Shown in pieces: positions 56,971 to 64,000 of a stretch of DNA of 64,000 nt. The stretch lies in IMG/VR virus record IMGVR_UViG_3300042945_003044. One strand, 5' to 3'. The DNA is from a virus. Within the stretch, counting starts at the first letter, position 1. Each line of letters starts with the position of its first letter. The notes beneath the pieces are model-generated. The model did no database searches and was not told the origin of the DNA. It saw only the letters and a list, made by a program, of their open reading frames with translations. The position numbers were made by a program, and so were the translations under genes.

Positions 56971-57785
56971 TGGGTGTTGTTTTTCGAGAAGGAAACATGA
57001 TAGGAGCAACAAGAACATCTTCATTATCTGCTGGTAATGGAATTTGGAATATTTATGAGATTGAAAATAGGAATAGACGGAATCAGTGGCCAGTTCAGAT
57101 AGTCGGAGATGGATTGCAAATGAATATGGATGCGGGCATTCCCGAGTCATATGCCGGGTCGGGTAGCACATGGAATGATTTAAGCGGAAACAATCGTCAC
57201 GTAACATTGGTTAACTCTCCCTCATACAGTTCAAATAACGGGGGATTTTTAAGTTTCAACGGAACCAACCAGAGTGCAAACCGAACATACGAAAACATCG
57301 GAACAAACAACTTTTCATTAGACGTGTGGGCGAGACCAACCGCGACCATAACCGTTAACGCCCAGGCCACTTCTGGAACAACAGGATTGACAGGACAAAG
57401 ATATCTTCTTTTCCCAGCTCAGTCCGCAACAAACGGTGGAGCAGGAATATCTCTTGGGACGAACGGCCTCAGTGTTTATGAGCATGGAAACGCTTATCTC
57501 GCCCCTTTATTATCTCATGCTGTAGCCATATCCAATACTATTTTTACTAATATTGTCATTGTTTATACCAACAAACTGCCAAGTCTGTATATCAATAATG
57601 TTTTTATAAAAAATGGGTTTACGAGTCTGAGAGCAAGCGTTTTTTATAATTCGGGAGAGTTTATCGCCGGTCAATACGGTCTTTTCTCGGGTGCTGTGAG
57701 TAGCGTTAAAATATATAACAAATCGCTTTCGGCAAGCGAGATATCTCAAAACTTCAATGCTCTCCGAAACAGGTATGGTGTTTAA
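56967..57785 (+). CDS. LamG-like lectin-fold protein
   Basis: DAG..SY.GSG.TW.DLSGN...YNKSLS..EI.QNFNA.R.RYG. Confidence 0.8.
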   Translation: MMGVVFREGNMIGATRTSSLSAGNGIWNIYEIENRNRRNQWPVQIVGDGLQMNMDAGIPESYAGSGSTWNDLSGNNRHVTLVNSPSYSSNNGGFLSFNGTNQSANRTYENIGTNNFSLDVWARPTATITVNAQATSGTTGLTGQRYLLFPAQSATNGGAGISLGTNGLSVYEHGNAYLAPLLSHAVAISNTIFTNIVIVYTNKLPSLYINNVFIKNGFTSLRASVFYNSGEFIAGQYGLFSGAVSSVKIYNKSLSASEISQNFNALRNRYGV

Positions 57786-58579
57786 TGGGAAAAAGATTTG
57801 CAAATACAATAGGAAACGCAAACACTCCCACAGATTTACTAGCTAGTGGAGTTTGGTCTTTAGATCAAGTAAGTTCATCTATTAGGAATAATCAATGGCC
57901 AAGTATCGTTGATGGACTAATACTATTTTTTGATGCAGCAAACCCAAACAGCTATCCTGGATCTGGCACTGTTGTAAACGATGTTAGTATAAATAGGAAT
58001 TCAGGCACATTATTAAACGGCGTTGGATATTCTTCGCTAAATAGTGGCTATTTTACATTTGATGGGGTAAATGATTCAATAGTCATGAATAACACAATGT
58101 CATCGCTTACAGATTTTAGCATAGAAACTTGGTTTTTTTTGACGACAACGGATGCAAACTATAGAGAGTTGTTTACTTCTGGTCTTCTGGGAATTAGATT
58201 TGGTAATACTGGATTTGGAGACAGGCTTCAAGTAGGGGTTGATTTGAGCACGGTCAATGGTTGTTTTAATACAAGCTTAAATAAAGCGGGCGCGGTCAAT
58301 ACCTGGAGACATTTATGTTGGACTAGACAGTCAGGAGTTAATAGAGTTTTTCTTGGTGGGGTTCAGCAAAATTTGGCGCAAGGCACTGGATTTACATATA
58401 ATTTGACTTCTTTTACAAATGGCACCGGTGTCACTCTGGTTAGTACTTCTGCTGCTTGGGGTTCTGGCGGCGGTCGGTTTTTAGGACGACTGCCTGTTTT
58501 GAGAATTTATAACAGAGCTTTATCGCAATCAGAAATTTCTTCCAATTTCAATCAATTGAGAGGAAGATATGGTGTCTAA
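57785..58579 (+). CDS. LamG-like lectin-fold protein, tandem paralog
   Basis: Same frame motifs as 56967. Confidence 0.8.
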   Translation: MGKRFANTIGNANTPTDLLASGVWSLDQVSSSIRNNQWPSIVDGLILFFDAANPNSYPGSGTVVNDVSINRNSGTLLNGVGYSSLNSGYFTFDGVNDSIVMNNTMSSLTDFSIETWFFLTTTDANYRELFTSGLLGIRFGNTGFGDRLQVGVDLSTVNGCFNTSLNKAGAVNTWRHLCWTRQSGVNRVFLGGVQQNLAQGTGFTYNLTSFTNGTGVTLVSTSAAWGSGGGRFLGRLPVLRIYNRALSQSEISSNFNQLRGRYGV

Positions 58580-58643
58580 TAAATTAATAGATTTGACATT
58601 ATTTAAGAACTCATTAGTATAATTTATACTCTAGAGAATTCTT

Positions 58644-59633
58644 ATGAAAAGCGAACTTTCAAATTTTGTCAAATATTGTGTAGACCAAGGAGGTGGCTTA
58701 TATCCATTATTAGTATCTAGTAATGACATAATTGGACCATCATTAACTAATCCTTCTATTATTAATCTAAATGGACAATTATTAGTTAATTTACGTAATG
58801 TTAATTATGTCCTATACCATGCTGAACACGGCATTAATGAACACGTATGGGGACCATTATGCTACTTACACACCGAACAACATCAAGTATTAGCAACCCA
58901 TAATATACTTTGCGAATTAGATAGTAATCTAAATATAGTTTCTAATTCTATAGCGGACACTAAGAATCTAGACGCTAAGCCACTATGGGAGTTTATTGGA
59001 CTAGAAGACTGCAGGCTGGTTCATTGGGATCAGAAATTATTTTTGAGCGGCGTGAGACGGGATACAACACCAAATGGTCAAGGAAGAATAGAACTATCGG
59101 AAATAGTTTCTGAACAAAATAGCTGGAAAGAAATTTCGAGACAAAGACTACCGGCTCCATATCCAGATAATTCATATTGTGAAAAAAATTGGATGCCCAT
59201 TATGGATAGGCCGTATCAGTATGTGAAATGGACAAACCCCACAGAAGTCGTGGAATATAATCCAGAAACTAAAGAGACTAAAACGGTTATTTTAACAGAA
59301 TATCAAAATTTGAACACTAGAGATTTAAGGGGCGGTTCTCAGGTTATCCCCTATAAAGATTATTACTTAGCTATTGTTCATGAAGTAGACTTATTTAAGA
59401 GTGAAGCGGGTCGCAAAAATGCCACATATAGACATAGGTTTATTTTATGGGACAAGGACTTTAATCTACTTAGAGTATCTCCGTTGTTTGACTTTATGGG
59501 CGGAGAAATAGAATTCGCTTGCGGTATGACACGTTATAACAATCAAATATTAATAACTTTTGGGTTTCAAGACAATGCCTCTTATTTACTAGCTGTTAAT
59601 ACTACTACTATAGACGAGATTATGGGATTATGA
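58644..59633 (+). CDS. beta-propeller glycosidase-like protein (GH130/GH43-clan-like)
   Basis: NPSI, GLEDCRL, EKNWMP, RGGSQ, IEF motifs. Confidence 0.6.
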   Translation: MKSELSNFVKYCVDQGGGLYPLLVSSNDIIGPSLTNPSIINLNGQLLVNLRNVNYVLYHAEHGINEHVWGPLCYLHTEQHQVLATHNILCELDSNLNIVSNSIADTKNLDAKPLWEFIGLEDCRLVHWDQKLFLSGVRRDTTPNGQGRIELSEIVSEQNSWKEISRQRLPAPYPDNSYCEKNWMPIMDRPYQYVKWTNPTEVVEYNPETKETKTVILTEYQNLNTRDLRGGSQVIPYKDYYLAIVHEVDLFKSEAGRKNATYRHRFILWDKDFNLLRVSPLFDFMGGEIEFACGMTRYNNQILITFGFQDNASYLLAVNTTTIDEIMGL

Positions 59634-60874
59634 GAGAGTTATCAGATTATATAAAAGACCCCGACAATGATCTCAATAATTTTTATTTAGGTCTATTTTA
59701 TGAGAATCAGAACCACCACGCTCCCGCATCAGGTTTTTATTTGAGGTGTGCAGAAAAAACTTCTAGTATTGACTTACGATATGAGTCTTTATTAAGGATG
59801 TATCTATGCTATAGAAATCTAGGAGGCAGAGACTATACATGTGAAACACTATTAAAACAAGCTATATCTTTGTGTCCACGCAAACCAGAAGCTTATTTTT
59901 TTCTCACTCAATATTACGAAGCTAAATCAGATTGGTCTAGCATATATACCTATGCTAGTATATCTTTAGATATCTGCGAAGAGAAGTCGGTATTTTTTTC
60001 TACAATAGAATTTCCTGATTTATATGCTTTGTTATTCCAGAAAGCGGCCTCGGCGTGGTGGATAGGAAAACCCCTAGAGGCAAGGAAATTATTTAAGGAG
60101 CTGTTTAATAATTATATTGATAAGATGACAGATAAGTATAAAACTTTATTAGAAAATAATTTATCTAGACTAGGTAGTGGCCCAGAGTCTCAGGCCATAA
60201 GACCATACAATAAAAATCTTAAAGATAACTTAAACTTTACTTTTAAAGGTATAGATTTAGTAGATCATAATTTTTCTCAAGTATATCAGGATATGTTTAT
60301 ACTGACTGCCCTAAATGGCAAGCGTAATGGGTCATACTTAGAAATAGGCTCGTCCGACGCTTTAAAAAACAGCAATACCGCACTACTAGAGACCAAGTTT
60401 GATTGGACAGGAATTGGTATAGAATTTAATCAGGACTTTGTTAACACCCATAAAAATCAAAGAAAAAACCCTGTATTATGTACGGATGCTCTGATCGTGA
60501 ACTATGAGAAATTGTTAACTAAATATTTTCCAGGTCAAAACAATATAGATTATTTACAACTAGATATAGAGCCGCCCAAAAACACATATGAGGCCTTATT
60601 AAGTATTCCTTTTGATAAATATAAATTTGCCGTAATAACATATGAGCACGATGACTATATAGATATATCTCGTTCATATAAACAAAAATCTAGAGAGTAT
60701 TTACAGTCTCTGGGTTATATTTTAGTGGTCAATGACGTATCTCCCGATCAAAATAGTTCTTTTGAGGATTGGTGGGCTCACCCAGATTTAGTAGACATTG
60801 ATATAATAAAAGGGCTAAAATCTCAAATATCAGAAGATCTAAACCAAGTAGAACGAGTCTTTTTGCATAAATAG
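59630..60874 (+). CDS. TPR plus FkbM-like SAM methyltransferase fusion
   Basis: N-terminal TPRs; SQVYQD, YLEIGS, SNT..LE...W.GI.IE, IDYLQLDIE, TYEHD, FEDWW. Confidence 0.75.
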   Translation: MRELSDYIKDPDNDLNNFYLGLFYENQNHHAPASGFYLRCAEKTSSIDLRYESLLRMYLCYRNLGGRDYTCETLLKQAISLCPRKPEAYFFLTQYYEAKSDWSSIYTYASISLDICEEKSVFFSTIEFPDLYALLFQKAASAWWIGKPLEARKLFKELFNNYIDKMTDKYKTLLENNLSRLGSGPESQAIRPYNKNLKDNLNFTFKGIDLVDHNFSQVYQDMFILTALNGKRNGSYLEIGSSDALKNSNTALLETKFDWTGIGIEFNQDFVNTHKNQRKNPVLCTDALIVNYEKLLTKYFPGQNNIDYLQLDIEPPKNTYEALLSIPFDKYKFAVITYEHDDYIDISRSYKQKSREYLQSLGYILVVNDVSPDQNSSFEDWWAHPDLVDIDIIKGLKSQISEDLNQVERVFLHK

Positions 60875-60950
60875 ACGCCGTTGATTATATGGTGTATTTT
60901 TTATTAGATGCTATCAAAACTTTGAACCCGTATATTTAAAAGGCTAATTT

Positions 60951-61472
60951 ATGAGCTGGCAAATAGAAATACCTATAATTGTTCGTACTCTGATTAATGA
61001 TTTGGGAGATACGCCGGTTTATAGCGATGAAAGAATACAGCAGACTATAGCGGTCGCTGCTAAATACGTTCAATTCGACGTGGTATTAGACCATAAATAT
61101 AATATTGACGTGGCTAATCCAAATATTAGCCCAGACCCAACTAGCGACCGAGATGAAATCTTTATTAGTTTGGTCAGTTTGAAGGCTGCTTGTATCATAG
61201 ATCAAAGTGCTCTAAGAACCAAAGCCGCTTTGGAAGGCATAAGAGCCGCTCTTGGCCCTGCTAGCCTAAGTGTTGCGGGACAAAGCGCCGCGTGGAAAAC
61301 AATAATAGAGCATGGCCCATGCGCTTTATACGAAGAGCTTACTTCTCATTGGGATGTTAAAGAGGCCACAGCTATACGAGCTGTGCTTAGTCCGTTTGTG
61401 GGTAATAATTTTGATCCAAGAAATATTAATTTCCATAATAACAGCGTTCGCAACAGAAACTTTTTTTCATAA
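60951..61472 (+). CDS. putative head-tail adaptor
   Basis: VRxLIxD....YSDE.I pattern typical of adaptors. Confidence 0.55.
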   Translation: MSWQIEIPIIVRTLINDLGDTPVYSDERIQQTIAVAAKYVQFDVVLDHKYNIDVANPNISPDPTSDRDEIFISLVSLKAACIIDQSALRTKAALEGIRAALGPASLSVAGQSAAWKTIIEHGPCALYEELTSHWDVKEATAIRAVLSPFVGNNFDPRNINFHNNSVRNRNFFS

Positions 61473-61481
61473 GAATAAACT

Positions 61482-62399
61482 ATGGCAGCTATTACTTACG
61501 ACTTCAATATAGAGCAAGGGTCTTATTACGAAATTACATTTGTCTATCAGGACCCTAATGGTAATCCTGTAGATATATCCGACTGGTGCGCCGTACTCCA
61601 GTGGACAGACTCGAATAATAATAGGACAGTATTTAGTAATAGAAATAAAAATTTAAATTATGACTTATCTACTTATTCGGATGGCAGGATAACATTTAGT
61701 CTACCGGCTACTACAACGAATACATACTCTTTTGATTTTGCTTTATACGATCTGGATCTTCAAGAACCCAATGAGCAATATCAGGGTAGCGGCTATAGAA
61801 CTTTTAGATTGTCTACAGGAAGGGCGTTTATTATAAGAAGATCTAACCCCCAAGAACTAATCACCAACTGTATAGATTTACCATCAACAGAATCTGTATG
61901 TCCAACAGAATGCTTATCAACAGATATTTATGCTGTTAAATATTCTGGTGGAGGCATTAATATTCCAGATAATGGATCAGCCTCTTCGACTATACAAATA
62001 ACAGACACCAGAACCATCGAGAATATAGAACTAGCAATCAACGGGTTGGTGCATAAAAATCCACAAGATCTAGTCTTTGTTTTAGTTCCACCAACAGGGT
62101 CGTCTATTCTACTGTCGGCAAATCAAAAAATTAAAAATTATAGACCAGGATTCAATTATATTATTTCTGATTCCGCTCCTGCGGATGCCTACTTACATAA
62201 TATAACTAATAATAGTAAATGTAGAATTTATGATAAGACACAGATTATCAATTCTGATTCCCCGTTGGTCCCCTCCTTTGTCCATCTGCAAAACCAGCTG
62301 GCTAATGGAACCTGGGAATTGTTAATTGAAGATACCGATCCAAGCGAGTCCGGCAGTATCGTTTCTTGGACCCTGATAGTCACATATCATTCAGAATAA
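61482..62399 (+). CDS. YDFxIEQG-family structural protein fused to a proprotein-convertase P-domain
   Basis: IPDN...I.H...DL...L..P.G...NGTWEL.I.D...GSI.SW.L. Confidence 0.7.
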   Translation: MAAITYDFNIEQGSYYEITFVYQDPNGNPVDISDWCAVLQWTDSNNNRTVFSNRNKNLNYDLSTYSDGRITFSLPATTTNTYSFDFALYDLDLQEPNEQYQGSGYRTFRLSTGRAFIIRRSNPQELITNCIDLPSTESVCPTECLSTDIYAVKYSGGGINIPDNGSASSTIQITDTRTIENIELAINGLVHKNPQDLVFVLVPPTGSSILLSANQKIKNYRPGFNYIISDSAPADAYLHNITNNSKCRIYDKTQIINSDSPLVPSFVHLQNQLANGTWELLIEDTDPSESGSIVSWTLIVTYHSE

Positions 62400-62402
62400 T
62401 CA

Positions 62403-62594
62403 ATGAATTATAACATAGCGCTATTTAAAAAATACGGATTAGTTGTTGTGAGTCAAAACTTGATACCGGTTCTGATTGACACCATAGCAAATAAGATAAC
62501 TATACAACGCAATATAATATTAGAACCTAAATACGCAACAGAGGAGCGGATCTCTGTGATTAAGTCGGACAATACCATTCCTTTGAAGCAATAA
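62403..62594 (+). CDS. small hypothetical protein
   Basis: Operonic spacing. Confidence 0.45.
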   Translation: MNYNIALFKKYGLVVVSQNLIPVLIDTIANKITIQRNIILEPKYATEERISVIKSDNTIPLKQ

Positions 62595-62613
62595 TAAATA
62601 GAAAAGATTTATT

Positions 62614-63990
62614 ATGGTACAATTCATAAATACACCCGACACCATTAGCTGTAACAGTATCTCTCTGTTTAGAAATTCTACTCCTAATACCTATACCTTT
62701 AACATGGATCTAGGATCGGGAGTTGGTCCTATAACCATTAATTATCATGCTAATCCTCCATGTGCGAGCGGAGAACTAAATTGCGGAACCTCGTTCGGAG
62801 ATCCAGAGCTGGCAGTACCCGACAAATTTACTGTGATATGGAATGGACAGAGCGTTACTAGTGGGTATAGGGGAGGTAGCGCATTCAACACCTCTCTTAC
62901 AAACAAGTTATTAGAGTTAGGCAGGCCGGTAGAAAATATATCCGGAAATGGTATTGGTTCGATCATACTAAACAAATCTTCTGCCGCACCCAATACCGCT
63001 ACGTTAGTTGTAGATAGCCCTATTATATCTGTCAGATGGTCTGTGGAAGTTCTGTGTGCTGGTCCTACGCCTACACCAACCATTACTAGCTCTAACACTC
63101 CTACCCCAACACCGACCGTTACTCGTACCAGTACCGCTACCCCTACCCCTTCAATCACCAGTACGGCAACCAGTACCGCCACCCCCACCCCGTCCATAAC
63201 CAGTACTGTTACTAGTACCGCTACTCCTACACCTTCTATAACCGGTACGGTTACCAGTACGCCAACACCAACCGTTACCCATACCGGTACCGCTACTCCT
63301 ACTCCTTCGATAACTAGTACTGTTACAGCTACGCCGACAGCGACCCCTACTGTAACACCATCTCCTACCGTTACAGTTAGTCCTTCTAATAATGTAATTA
63401 TACCGCCACATAGAAAATTACAAACACCAAAATTAAGCAGCGATTTATCATGCGGGACCGGGATCTTTTCCGGTTTACTAGGAGATGAGTTTCAAAGTCT
63501 TTTTAATAACGCTATAGACTCCTTATTAAATATTAATGCGTTATCTGTTCCTTGTATACTAAGATACGCCAACGCGTCTCAACAAAATAATTTATGTAAT
63601 AATTGTATTTATAGCACAACAACCCGCTCGTCATCTGGCAAATATTTGATAGGCGGTCCCGTACCATTTGCTGATGGGTCAGTATGTCCTATATGTGCTG
63701 GGAACGGTATTATTTCTAATTCCACTAGCGAAGAAATCGTTAATATGATGGTTATTTTCGATAGCAAATATTTTATGAATTGGTCTAATAAAAATACTAA
63801 TATAGTCGAAGGCATGGCTCAGTCCATATCATGTATTAGTCTATTGCCTAAACTAAGAAATGCTAGCGAAGTTATTTTTGATAAAGATATTAGCGCATTA
63901 GGTCATTATCGTTACGAAAGATATTCTGATCCCCAACCGGCTGGATTAGGACACAATAAATACGTTTTTACGATGTGGAAAAGAAAATGA
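62614..63990 (+). CDS. putative head-completion protein with N-terminal beta domain, Thr/Pro linker and CxxC...CPxC domain
   Basis: TPTP repeats at ~63064-63385; CNNC and CPIC. Confidence 0.55.
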   Translation: MVQFINTPDTISCNSISLFRNSTPNTYTFNMDLGSGVGPITINYHANPPCASGELNCGTSFGDPELAVPDKFTVIWNGQSVTSGYRGGSAFNTSLTNKLLELGRPVENISGNGIGSIILNKSSAAPNTATLVVDSPIISVRWSVEVLCAGPTPTPTITSSNTPTPTPTVTRTSTATPTPSITSTATSTATPTPSITSTVTSTATPTPSITGTVTSTPTPTVTHTGTATPTPSITSTVTATPTATPTVTPSPTVTVSPSNNVIIPPHRKLQTPKLSSDLSCGTGIFSGLLGDEFQSLFNNAIDSLLNINALSVPCILRYANASQQNNLCNNCIYSTTTRSSSGKYLIGGPVPFADGSVCPICAGNGIISNSTSEEIVNMMVIFDSKYFMNWSNKNTNIVEGMAQSISCISLLPKLRNASEVIFDKDISALGHYRYERYSDPQPAGLGHNKYVFTMWKRK

Positions 63991-64000
63991 AAATTTCTCT

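Noticed and set aside
15398-63815. Minus-strand and alternate-frame ORFs overlapping the structural genes
   Set aside because: They are shadows of long, motif-bearing plus-strand genes.
18496-63990. Alternative genetic code (stop-codon reassignment)
   Set aside because: Genes are long and tightly packed under the standard code, and TAA, TAG and TGA all occur as stops in the window.

Overview
This is a segment of a large tailed (Caudoviricetes) phage genome. The host is probably a Planctomycetota/PVC bacterium, inferred from a LExRxLLA-type leader on a subtilisin and from a PEP-CTERM protein. (1) Positions 1-11.6 kb are a minus-strand early/accessory region of many tiny ORFs, a tRNA-Leu(UAA) and a candidate ~400-nt structured ncRNA. 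The region is cut into modules by 12 copies of a 78-bp element of fixed geometry: two 9-7-9 imperfect palindromes (TAAGTCCTT-N7-AAGGACTTA-like) that start exactly 53 bp apart, around a polar, mostly GC-rich 28-bp linker. In 11 of 12 copies the element sits at or near the stop codon of the preceding gene, and every copy lies just upstream of a promoter, usually with interleaved sigma70-like and sigma28-like boxes. This cassette-array-like architecture is the main candidate for a novel system. (2) Positions 11.6-18.4 kb hold an S8 protease and five Cys-rich genes with a constant ~30-aa head and unrelated tails. (3) Positions 18.5-29.8 kb encode a sigma-like factor, a putative TerS, Gmd, an HNH nuclease, an ERCC4 nuclease, TerL, portal, protease/scaffold, decoration protein and major capsid protein. 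(4) Positions 29.9-64 kb encode many fibre/adhesin proteins, including a 2969-aa LamG-like protein with apparently nested domains, a protease-tipped protein and collagen-like proteins. They also encode putative modification enzymes and head-completion genes. All calls are by eye and no database searches were run.
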